Of a stretch of 45,940 nucleotides of DNA, positions 11,397 to 22,865 are shown one piece after another. The notes beneath the pieces were generated by a model. The model made no database searches, was not told the origin of the DNA, and saw only the letters and a program-made list of their open reading frames with translations. Source of the DNA: Toensbergia leucococca (taxonomy: Eukaryota); contig JALDZS010000073.1 of assembly GCA_022813965.1 (NCBI GenBank), forward strand, positions 62,001 to 107,940, given 5' to 3'. Every line of letters begins with the position of its first letter. Position 1 is the stretch's first letter. The position numbers and the translations under genes were made by a program.

Positions 11397-12468
11397 CTTT
11401 CTTCGATCATTTATAGTGCTGGAGCAACTTTGGCTTCTCAAGGTAGGCGGGCTCAGCAGATTTTCGGAGCCAAAACTTATTCGAGGACCAGAACATGGAC
11501 CAATTAAGTTTTGGACTCGTTCGAGATATACTTGATTGAACAGTAATCGGATCTGTCTCTTCATCTAAATTCTGTGTGTTCGGCAAAATCCCCGTAGAAA
11601 TGTTAGGGAAGGAAGGTACCGTGGCTCGTACTTTCGTCACACGAAACGACGAGGTTAACTGACGGCACTGTTGTCAAACATCCCCTTCATATAACAGCAG
11701 ACTTCGTTTCAAGCACGTACATCGTTCCGGGTCTTTCCTTTGACACAGAAGAACGTGGACTAACCCACTTCCGCATCAGGTGAAACTGGTACTGGCAGGG
11801 CAGCCCATGTCTACCATGATGCCCTGTTCAATCTTAAATCCGTGGCACTGTCAGAAAGCGTTCAACATCCACCACGAAAGGACGGTAAATTTGTTCAGAA
11901 GCCATGAGGCAGCGTTCGACTTTCACCAGTAAAGGCCTAGGGTATTTAGATTAGGTAGATCAGTCTTAGACACTAAGACAAATTCAAAACCTGACCATCG
12001 TGCTGGAGTCATAGGTACCTTAATCTCATATTAGGTTCGATTCCTAATGGGGCTGGTACAATGGTGTAGTGGGTTTTGTGTTCTCTACCATCACAAGTAC
12101 TCGTAGCGGCCTATTTGCATCTCCAATGTGAGGTCCTCTCAACATGAATCAATCTTGATACGAATACGATTTCTTAGATATTTTGGCTGTATATTAGTAG
12201 CAAGGGCAAATAGTTAAACTTATTGATATAAAGTATTTCAATAGGTCCAAGACTTTGTAACATCTGAATTGTAGACAACGATTCGGCGCCGTTGAGGTGG
12301 CGAGGGTACCTATTCTGATGGTAGAGTGCATTAGAGGGTGAACACGGCTACCTGTCGCGTGGAAGCATGACGTCTCGCACACCACTGCACCGACTCCGTC
12401 CTCCAAGATTACAACAGCAAGCAAATTCCAATTATTTCAATCTCGAATAGCCCAGGCGGGTTCGATGC

Positions 12469-14219
12469 ATGGATCCGAAACCTAGCTTGGAGCATTTACT
12501 GCATGTGCTACGTACACGACACGTTCCTCTGACGCGTCAAGATGTTCAATGGGCTTTCGAGACCAAGAGTACCCATGACAGCGTCGTCAATTGGGTAGAT
12601 CAATATCTTGCTCCAGAAACGCTTTTGTCCAATGAAGAAGTAGTACTGTGAGGCCCTACCAAACTATCAGTAGCCGATAGAACTCCATTGACTTTATTCC
12701 AGGTACTCGAAGCTTGAGAGCAATGGCGCTGCTCGTCACATTGCCGCTATCCATGAACTTTCCATTGTCAGACCATTACTTGAAGGGGATCTTAAAGTCG
12801 CATTGGAGGCATTAAGGTCCTCTACGTCAGAAATTGAGAAGCAGAATGAAGCTCTAAAGCTGCAAAAGGAAGCTTTGTCTATTCTACAAAACAACAATAC
12901 TAAAGCAGCAGCGCAGATGAAGCGGCAAACCCGTCAAGTGCAAAAGAAACGCGCTCAAGAAAAGCAGCATGTCGGCTTGATCGTAATATACACCACATGG
13001 CCTTCCATGATATCTCCGTCTGACTGTTGTCGCAGGTGGAGGAACTTTTGCAAGATATCACTCTTGAATTGCATGCGGCTCGGCGTCAGATCCAAGGGGT
13101 CAACGAAGCTTTGCCCATGAAATTAGCAGAAACGCTCAATAGGGATGATAAGTTATTGTCGAAGCTTGAGCGACTCTCTTCGGAGCTGATGGTCCGCAAT
13201 GATTGTCATGATGGTGCTACGAACAAAATAAATGCATTATGTACACGACTTGTCTCCTATACGTCTGACGAGATCCGTGTTCGCCTTGATCGGATCTACT
13301 CAGCGGCCGTTCAATGTTCAGAAACCCCCCATCTGTCACTTACATCTAACCGGACAGAGCTCGAGGATTCTTTACAAGGGGAGCTAGAGACCCCGTACAC
13401 AGAAATCGCCGCTGTGGCTGCAATGTCCGTTAGCCAAGAATTCGAGACACCCCTGACTGATGCCATTAAGCGCAATGCTGCTCAATGTAACGACCACAAC
13501 CTATCAATTCTTGATTTCGTATGTCTTTGGCTCATAATCATGCTGAATTTTGTGGAGGCTAATAGCTGTAGATTGACGCTACTATGGAACATGTGATTGA
13601 AAAGACCAATTCTTCTGCAACACGAACGCGGAACCATCACTCACACCTCTTAGCCTTAAGTCTAGTCTCGAGTCAACTACAAGGCATCAGCCAAAAGGCC
13701 GATCACGGTTCAATGATCTTTCCCTCGAAGAGCGTAGAGCGAAAAAATCAATTACCACCATCGCCTCACAAATCTACCACGCCATGTGCTGCTAGACTTG
13801 GGAGCCAAACAGATGTCTTTCAAGACATAGATATGCAAAGCCATCGGCAATTGCTGGCCCTTCTCGGTGTGATTACTCCCGAAGATACAATCATGATCCA
13901 AGACTTCTTATCCACTGCTGCCATTGATCACGAACAGAAAACACATCAATGTCTGCTCAATCTGAACTCGTCAATCGACAGGTCATTATCCTCGCATTTT
14001 CAAAACACCTCAATTGTACAGCAGCTTCTCGTTGACGCGTTATTTGCAGACTCAAATTACCATGCGGCTGAGCTACTCAGTGAGAGTGTAGTGACAAGGA
14101 TAGATTCCTTGGAGGCGGAGATCGGAAAAATTGGCTCCAGCATGGCAGCATTAGATCTGGATCAACTGCAAATGGCAAGTAAGGATGGAGATGAATTCGT
14201 AAATAGATGGTCTCTTTAG
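12469..14219 (+). CDS. Coiled-coil protein, probable augmin subunit HAUS3-like
   Basis: Exons 12469-12647, 12703-12982, 13036-13518, 13572-14219 join in frame via GT-AG introns. N-terminal DVQWAFE...VNWVDQYLAPETLLSNEEVVLYSKLESNG resembles the HAUS3 N-terminal pattern. Gene model is well supported; family call is tentative. Confidence 0.55.
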
Positions 14220-14518
14220 AGTGAACGCATTACGACAAGGCAGAAGAGATGTTGCTGTTGTGTTCTTCCCCTACCTGATAGTATAAAGCATACCGCCTGA
14301 CGATGAATGAAGCCTTTTCTTCTCAATTAATTGTAAACTTCATTGTCTCGTTCTCTCCTCAAACAAATATTACGCAGTACACGACCGATAGGAACGATTC
14401 ACTCGGAATTTTCGCTTGTTTTTCCTTCATCCACCTTCAACTCTATGACCTTACGGAGAACCGTATGAATGCTAGGCAATTCTTTCCTTCGATCATGCCT
14501 ATCCGGTGGAACGCGAAT

Positions 14519-16234
14519 ATGACCCGCACCTTGATAATCCTCACTATCCTTTGCAGCCTACATATGACACTCTGTCAATCATGGACACCAGTCATAGTCA
14601 AGAACGTCACCCAACTAGGACCACAAGTGACGCCAGATGTCACCGACGTGTCCCGCGATGGTGGCTATTCAGTGTTGATCAATGGCAATATCTTATGGCT
14701 TTACGATGACACAGAATGCATGGACATGGAAGGGAATCAGCTATCTTTCATCTCCAACACTGCAGCATATTCGGATCAGCCAAACCAGAACGTGTCTACT
14801 GTCAAAGACTTTGGAGTATTGATGACTGGCGACGACACTTATGGGAGGCCACAGTACGCTATCCTTTCAAATACTACAGTTGGCACAGGCGGCTGGGTTC
14901 CGTTTCAGCAGGATGAACTGGACTTTAATGAACAGATGAAATCCAAGGAGAGGGTCGCTATCTGTATAGTGCCTTACTATAAGCAAAACCCTGCCTTCAA
15001 AGACCGGAACTAACGCTACATCTTGATAGGGCCCGGCACATCTCCGACTCCAATCAGTACGACACAGGCTTTCATCTATGCACCTTTGGTTTACGTCGAC
15101 AGTAAGCCACAAGATCCCTCGAAAGAATACCAGGCCCGTGGTATGACTTTGATCACCATCACAGCTCCGAACTCGGGGCCAATCGCCACTCGTCAAGGCG
15201 ATCTTGTGATCCCCGGAACAGAAGTTGCCTTTGGCGGATTCGCCACGTTGCTTGGGCTTCCACCTGCAGATCCTGTAGAAAATGCAAGTCTCAGTCCCCG
15301 CGATTTGTACTTGTTCGCTATGACAGATAGTGGCCTTCAACTGGCTCGTGTGGGGCTCAATGATCTGCACAATTTTGCAAAATACACCTACTACGATCCT
15401 CAGAGCCTCAATTTCTCAGACATACGCCCAGGCCTAAACGTGAGCGATGCCACACAGATTTATCTGCCTGGTACTTTTTCATCTGGGAGTATATTCTATA
15501 GTCCCTACTTCTGCACGTTCATCATGATCTACTTCAACAAAATGGTGGATTCGACGTTCTACATACGCTATTTGGATCTGGATCATCCACTGGGAAGTGA
15601 TGCGACGTGGGTTCGGGGAGGGAAGATTGGCAAAGGTATCCAAGCTGAAGATGCAGAAGCTTTAGCAAGGTATGCATGGTCGGTGGAGCAAAAGCTGTAT
15701 GTTTCGCCTCCTGGGAAAGGAGGTTTTAACTACGCTGGAACAGCGCATCCTGAGTTCTTCAACCGACAATACTTTGCTCAATCTCTGTATCCGGACGGTA
15801 CGTCGAGCCAGCAAAGACAAAATGCTTGGTATGGCTCCAAGATCATTAGCGAAGCTGATGCGCGTACCGATGGAAAGCATCTCATGTTGAGCTGGACGTC
15901 GCAGCTGCAAGGAGGCAAAGACGCCGGGATCTATCAGATACAGCTTGCAAAAGTAGAATTCGACGATATCCCCACCAAGCCTGGAGTAAGTCCTTCGAGT
16001 AGCGGAATCACGAGTCCCTGGAGAACACCGGCTGTGTCTACTGCATCATCAACATACAGTGGTAAGCCGTACCAGCCCACAAGCACAGCAGAACCCATGA
16101 TCCCGAAGAACCATGGACAGGCCCTTGGCTCTTTTCTGCGCTATGATGAACATAAAAGTGTTAATTTTTGGCTAGTTACCTCCGAGCTTGGATTTCTCGT
16201 TGGTGTCATTGGTGCTGCTGCAGTTCTATTTTAA
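14519..16234 (+). CDS. Secreted, probably GPI/membrane-anchored protein with DUF4185-like beta-propeller
   Basis: Signal peptide MTRTLIILTILCSLHMTLC. Exons 14519-14963 and 15030-16234 (junction reads AIWPG). Motifs SRDGGYS, LWLYDDT, GSIFYSPY, YAGTAHPE, then a Ser/Thr-rich stalk and hydrophobic C-terminal tail. Confidence 0.7.
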
Positions 16235-17839
16235 GTATAAAATTGGAGGTTGACGGCGGGTCTTATTCCACAATGGTCTCATTAAGTCAAAAAATTGGGC
16301 ATTTTTGCTTTCACTGTCCCGTCGAAACCCCGAGCTGTTAGACTCACAAATCGCACGCCTGCTATTGTTTAATAGGGTTGGCAGTAGGATTTGTAGAATT
16401 CATTCTGCTTCCTCATATGATCCTCGCGTTTGCATGGTGAAAAGCTTTCTAATCTCGGAAAGCAAGACATATATTCCTTTCTAAGAGCTGGTTAGCACAG
16501 AACAAGTGATACCTTTAACCCGAATGATTCCAATCAAATGTAATAGGTGCTGTCAAACTGTTTTAGTACCCGATAGTAGAATGACCAATCCGAAATTAAA
16601 TAATAAAATGCGGTACGTCTCTCAACACGGACACCTGGCGAGAATAGTGCTCCTATTGCTCCGCCATTACATAGAATAATCGATTGGCGAAACTTCCCAT
16701 CAACTTGCTTCAAGCCACTTGATTGAGAGACTGGATCAAACCATCAACCGGACGCCTCGGCTTTTTGAAAAATTTTTAAGCTATGCGAAATGAATGACGG
16801 AAGTATTATTGACCCCATTAATCCCTTTTTACTCAAACTTGGCAGCAACCTCCTCATCCCTCTTGGAAAATTTTTTTCTGTAGACGCCGGACGCTGGGGT
16901 CATGATTTTCTTGAGTTGCCCCCTTGTTCAGGGGCCTGAAAAGGGGGGGAGGCGGGGAAGATGTGTATTTGTATAAAAAGTTGGTGTATGGCTTGGATGA
17001 ACTTTTGAGGATTGAAGCAACGATGGACCTAGAGAAAATGAACCCTTTTGTAAGTGTATGTAGGAGAAGGATTTGGTAAAGATGGGAATTTTTTGAACTG
17101 GGGGTGTGAACTGCTACACATTGACACCCCTCCCCCCTTTCTTTGATAAGGGTGTAAAACTGAAAAATGTGGCCAATTGTCCTCTGGAAAACCTGTTAAT
17201 CATTTTTTTGGTTCTTCTTGTACGGTGGAGCTTTCATTCCTGTTGGGATATGCTGACAGTCATATGCTTATCCAACGCGAGGAATTTGCGAGACTTATCT
17301 TTATAAGGAAGTCAGCGCAGATACAGCAAGAGCCGAGAGAGATGAGTGCGAAGGCTACAGCCACAGCGAATAGACGAGCGAATCTCCAGCAGCGGAATAG
17401 AATATGTGTGGAATTCAGCAAATTGAAACATCAGCGCCAACAATCAAGATTAAAATGTTTGCATAGTCGTATCCAGGGAGGGATTGGAGCAGCGGGGTAG
17501 GGGTTGGGAAGTGGCCTTTTTGGAGCCTTGAAAAGTGATGGGAACGCGATTGGCTTGGCTTCGTTGAAGCGATGGCTGGGGAAATCTGGTAGCTGAGCGC
17601 TGGGTTTTTATATTGTTTGGAAGACGACGGCATAGGAATAATCAGGCGCTCTTGAGTTCGCCGCTTCTCGCTCTGTATTGACTGATACACATGCACGTTG
17701 AGTCGCTCAATCTCGATGTGCGTGATAGCGTCCCATCAAGTATCCTGGTATACCTATTTCATGGTAGCCTATTCAAAATAATTTGGTATGATACAGGATG
17801 AATACTTGTTTAGTCCAACTCTTTGCCGCGCTTTTCAAG

Positions 17840-18498
17840 TTACCCACTCGCCCGACTCACCATAATCAACCCCTCCCCCACCTGATTCTGTCCATCAAAA
17901 ATAAGAAAACTCGCAGGCCCGTACCCATTCGCACCCATCTCACTTATGAGCGCCTCCATCGCAGCGCCGAGCACCCCCCAGGTCAGCTGGTGATGAGCAC
18001 CATTCCGCGTATACATCCCTGCGAAGGCACCGGTATGGTCGATGGGGCCTCGGAAATATCTGCCGGGGCCGATAAGGCCGTCGCCTCTGACGCTGTCGCC
18101 GTTGCGATGGATGTGGTCGATTATTTGGGTGTAGGTTTGCTGCAGGAATTGGGGGATGGCGCTGGAGGAGAAGTCGATTACTGTTTGATTTAACAGTATG
18201 TAGGTCCGGCTGCTGGTGGCGCACCAGGGGACGGAATTGCGGTTCACGGTGATTGTTGGAGAGGCCATGAAGGAGGGAGTCAGACTGAGAGAATGTGTTA
18301 GATGGCTGTAGGGGCCAGGGAGCTTGGTGAGGTGGTGGGGAGGCTGATGTTGAGCTTGTAGGTTACGTACGATCCGGCAACAGTGAGACCGTCTCCATTG
18401 GCACAAAAAAGACTTCGGGGTGCTAGAGGTGATGTATGGACCACAGCAAGCTGTACTATGGCCACGCCCACAAGAAATGGAAGTCTAAAGAGAACCAT
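17840..18498 (-). CDS. Small secreted protein of unknown function (~190 aa)
   Basis: Signal peptide MVLFRLPFLVGVAIVQLAVVHT-SP. Exons 18498-18371 and 18284-17840 (intron GTACGT...CTAAC...CAG). C-terminal QLTWGVLGAAMEAL...YGPASFLIFDGQNQVGEGLI. Confidence 0.75.
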
Positions 18499-18535
18499 TC
18501 CGAGTTTGGAGATATGGGGGCGACTTCAGACTGAT

Positions 18536-18569
18536 AGAGAGAGAGAGACAGAGAGAGAGAGAAAGAGAG
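18536..18569. repeat. Imperfect (AG)n microsatellite
   Basis: AGAGAGAGAGAGACAGAGAGAGAGAGAAAGAGAG, about 40 bp upstream of the 18498 ATG. Confidence 0.9.
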
Positions 18570-20607
18570 CGAGGCAGCAATGAAGATGATCTTCTTGCAG
18601 GAAGGAAAGTACAGAGTAGAACGAATGCAGAGACGACGAGAGGTTTTGCTTAGGAGGGTCCATGATAGCTCACCATTCAACATGGTAGAAGCGCAAGAAG
18701 CCAAGAACAGCGTCTTGTTCCGAGACGGTCGCCAATTCCATTGTTTCAAAGGCGATTTAAATCCCTTCTCCTAGGCTTCAGACAAGAAGTCAATTGAACA
18801 TGCGCAGGTTAGGGAGTAACAGATATAGATCAAGTCAATGTGGGATCAGCCCCCACGCTGTAGTCCCTTTCATCAATTATCCATGCTGATGGTATCCCAC
18901 GTCGAGAATGCATTCACTTTGTGCTAGGGGGGTGGGGTACCTCGGCGACTCGGTGCTCGGGTACCCAGTCGAGCTAGTATCCTTGTCAAGTGTGAAGTGG
19001 CTGGAGTGATGACTAAAGTAACATTCTAGGCACTACCCGTAATCTTACGTGTAGAATATGCCTTACCTTGATCGAATCATCTGCAACTCTCAGCTGTCCT
19101 GTCTTCCAACATTCGCCCCCACCAATCTCTCAATCACTATTGGGCATTATTGACCAGCTGAATGGATGTCTCGGGATACACCAAGGGGTCTTCACGAGGA
19201 ACCCAGCCAACTCCAACCGCCCGAACTCGAACCTGATGTTGCCCACATACGCGACATCAATGTGAATCTCAAACTACGAGTTGAAAGCATGTGCAAAATG
19301 TGCGCCCGCTATGAAGACTTTCCCAAAGCTGATGTCCGGTACATAGAATCTGGTCGTTGGTACTAATTGAAGTGAAATGACCAATGCATTTGCTTTTGTA
19401 GAGCAGGGCCCCATGGGACGACCAGGCTATCAGATGGCACCAGAGGACCGCACAAACTACACGTGACGCTTTTTTTAGTAGCGGTATGCACATCACTTCG
19501 ATTTGTTTTTGGTTCAAACTACTGATCTACCTCCAAGACAGAGGAGAAATGAGTGAAAGTTGCTTCTGACATCTACTTGAAGCCGGACGGCACTTTTGAC
19601 CATAGGAAACTGTTCCAGATAGAAAAGCTTGAAGCCTGAGTGAGGGAAAGTGATTTGTGCTTTTGCCGTTCAGAGAATCAAGGGCACATTGCTCACTATC
19701 AGGAGGATTTTGATCAGTGGCCTTTGCTTCTTTCTCTAACCAACAGCGGCCATTGCTCATAATATTCCACAGAAAAGGCGATCAATGATATAATTAAGGC
19801 AAAGTAGGCAAAGTGGGCAACGCGAAAGACATGCCTGCTGCAGAATACGTCTGGAAATCAAGCGACAAGAATAATCGATTGGATGCCATCGACTCCAGCG
19901 CTATCAGGCCAATAATAACGTCTCCGAGCACGTGTCAAATGCATTCATCACTCGTACTATTTCAAAAGACGTCCAATCCAGACAGGCTGCCTTCTTCGAT
20001 TGTGCAGAATGCCTCACAATTATCGGCAGAGCCTGACGCAACGTTGAAGAGGGGATTAATATGGGTTGGTGAGGCTTGCGCAGCCACAATTTCGCTAAGC
20101 CCCTTCATAGGGCAATGCATTGCAACGGCACCTTCCCTGCTCCCTCTAGTGCGGCTCACACGACCAAGTCACTATAAGGATAAATACAGTCACGCTCGTT
20201 GATCCCCTTAGGCTCCAGTCCCCCTCTCTAACCCTATATCCTCCTGAGAACCCCATTTTTTTCTTTTTCCAATAACACACCACTGTCCGTGCTCTACTCC
20301 TGCAACTCTCTTTAAGTATCACAAGCACTTGTTATTCATCATCCCATCAGCACTGCAACTCATCCTCGTTCTCGTCTTAAGTCTATCACCTCTCACTACG
20401 TAACACTGATGCAGTGTTATGTTTGCATGAACATTTAATGTCTTCCGTCCATACAGTCCTTCAATTGTCTCGCCTGTTAAATACTCTGGACCCCGGGGGA
20501 TAGAGGACTCACATATTCTCCGTTCGCCATACTTGAGGAACGGGGTATCGTCACTGAAGGTCAAGGTTTCCAAATCCAGGGCAATCCCAGGAGACCTTCG
20601 GAGACCG

Positions 20608-21987
20608 ATGTGCATTATTCAAACGTTCACCTACGTTCATCCTAATGGTTTTCGGGAGGTCAGAGATCGCCTGATTAATTGTCCACGAGGAACTCGAAGT
20701 GCTCCCTGCAACGCAACCCAGACTATTAACACGATGGAGGAAGTATTTGCACCGCTTCCTGCACCTCAGGCACCACCCCAGATTCACCCAGTTCTCCATA
20801 CTATCGAGCCAAGATTGGCATCCAGGAATTCGCGCTCCGAAACCAAGAACAGACGGTTCTCGGATGATCTGCATGTATTGTTCAGCTTTGGTGGTCCATT
20901 GAATTCCAGGAGAACCGGCGAGCGTAAGCGTCAAGGACCAGATATTGTCGTTGTCGAACCAAGAAGGCGACCATGGGACCCAGAACCTGTGCTGTCACTA
21001 CCTCATCCAGGACCATTACGGCCACACCCTCACATAGGATCGATACCACCACACCCTCACCCAGGACAACTGCCGCCACATCCCCACCCAGGACAACTGC
21101 CACCACGCCCCCACCCAGGGCCGCCGCCGCCGCCACCACCACCACCACCACCACCAGCAGCAGGTCCAAATAGGAATCCGCCAGCAACAAAGTTGCCATT
21201 GAGGCCAGAGCTACGTCGCATTCCGCGTGCACAAGGGCCTTTACGTCCTAGACGACCACCAATAATACCAGTGACTGTTCATCAACCTCATCGAGAGCCG
21301 TCGCCTCCCATAGTGATTTATCGACATGAGCACCACCGTTCGCGGACTCGAACTCCATCCCCGAATAGTCGTGAATCCGAGAAGAAGCTAGCTAAAGAGC
21401 GCGAGCGGCGTCAGAAAGCGGAAGCTGATACTCGTCACGCCGAACGTGTTGCGCAAGAAGCCGAGGAAAGTGCACGTCTGTCAGAGCGCATCGCCAAAGA
21501 AGCGCATGAGAAACGCATCCGTGCCGAGGAAGACGCATATCGTGCGCGCCTACAGAGAGACTTGGAGATAGAGCGCAATGAACAAGAGCAAAGAGAGATA
21601 CGCCGTCTGGCTAACGAAGCGAGACTACGTGTTGAAAGAGAAGAGCAGGAAAGAAGACGATTGAGTCAGATGGAAAGAGAAGAACAAGAGAGGAGACGCT
21701 TAGACCAGGAAGAAAGAGATAGACTTGATCGCGCTCGAAGAAACGGATTGACACGCGCGCCTCGGCATTCAAGTGTTGTACATCAACGTCACGGAGAAGA
21801 GATCGAGGAGAGGGGGGATCGGTTCATCAACGAATCGTTCAGACAAGAAGACTTGAGACAGGAGAGAAGAGCGGCGAACGAGGGGTGGTTAGCAAGAGGG
21901 CAGGGTTGGTTGAACAGACGGAGAACTATTGGTGGTGCTGAGGGCCGAGTAGCGGGTGATGACTGGAGGAGGTGGAGGCGGCCTTGA
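20608..21987 (+). CDS. Hypothetical protein with Cys-containing N-terminus, His/Pro repeats and a charged E/R helix
   Basis: Intronless ORF from ATG 20608 (MCIIQTFTYVHPNG...CPRG....PC), HPHPGQLPP repeats, poly-Pro run and a long E/R-rich segment. Confidence 0.75.
   Translation: MCIIQTFTYVHPNGFREVRDRLINCPRGTRSAPCNATQTINTMEEVFAPLPAPQAPPQIHPVLHTIEPRLASRNSRSETKNRRFSDDLHVLFSFGGPLNSRRTGERKRQGPDIVVVEPRRRPWDPEPVLSLPHPGPLRPHPHIGSIPPHPHPGQLPPHPHPGQLPPRPHPGPPPPPPPPPPPPAAGPNRNPPATKLPLRPELRRIPRAQGPLRPRRPPIIPVTVHQPHREPSPPIVIYRHEHHRSRTRTPSPNSRESEKKLAKERERRQKAEADTRHAERVAQEAEESARLSERIAKEAHEKRIRAEEDAYRARLQRDLEIERNEQEQREIRRLANEARLRVEREEQERRRLSQMEREEQERRRLDQEERDRLDRARRNGLTRAPRHSSVVHQRHGEEIEERGDRFINESFRQEDLRQERRAANEGWLARGQGWLNRRRTIGGAEGRVAGDDWRRWRRP
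20998..21156 (+). repeat. Coding 27-bp minisatellite (~5 units, HPHPGQLPP-like) followed by a CCG/CCA poly-Pro run
   Basis: Units start at 21025, 21052, 21079 and 21106 (e.g. CACCCTCACCCAGGACAACTGCCGCCA), with a diverged unit at ~20998. Confidence 0.85.
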
Positions 21988-22865
21988 GGAGTGCCAAGTG
22001 AGAGGGGTAGACTGATTACTGATTTCGATTTCTTGACAAAGTCAGGTTGGGTTTAGTATTCCTTTGCCACTGGGATTTTTTCCGTATCCTTTCTTTTTTG
22101 AGTCTAAGGAGTTTACTTTAGATAGGTGGTGTTCTTGATATTACCTAAATCCTAAATAGAAAATCCTTCATCGCCAAAGCTGCTATATCTTACCTTTTAC
22201 CTACCTAGACCGAGACAATCCTGAGCGCTGCACTCTCAAATTCACAGCAGTACCTAGTAGATAAGTCGTGGACAGCTTCGTTGATCCATACATACTAGAG
22301 TGTTTCAACCTCTATCTCGGATTAGGCACCATCCTAGATGCCTGCTGCAAGGATTGATAAATGCTTTTGTTCGACCTGTTGAGTCTTGCCACCATACTGG
22401 GGCATTCAGTCCCGGCCATGTAGGTAAGATCCGAGACTCGTACAGGGTCGGACACGGACGAAATGATTGCCATCAAAACGTAGAAATGATCGAAGACCCT
22501 CGGATGTGTGACAAGTGATGGCCATCCCACCAAAACCATTCAAATAGGACTTTTTATATACACAACTACCATCCTGTCTTCGCTCCTTTGCCCTTGATTA
22601 CGTCACATGATCTATCATGCATTGAGAGCACCTGCTTCATGGGATTGAGAAGTGGGTGGCACAATAAGGAAGATAGGTAATTCAAAAGATTTTGTGTGTG
22701 TGGGCTAAAATTCGGAGGAAATTCGAGGGAATATCGAGCAAAAGCGATTCGCTTACTTGGCTCGCTGGGGTGATAGTACGAACGCTAATGATCGCGTGTT
22801 TGACTTTCCACGCGAGTCAGCGCGTCTCAATATTCTCATGCAGGACAACCTCAATTCATTGAGAG

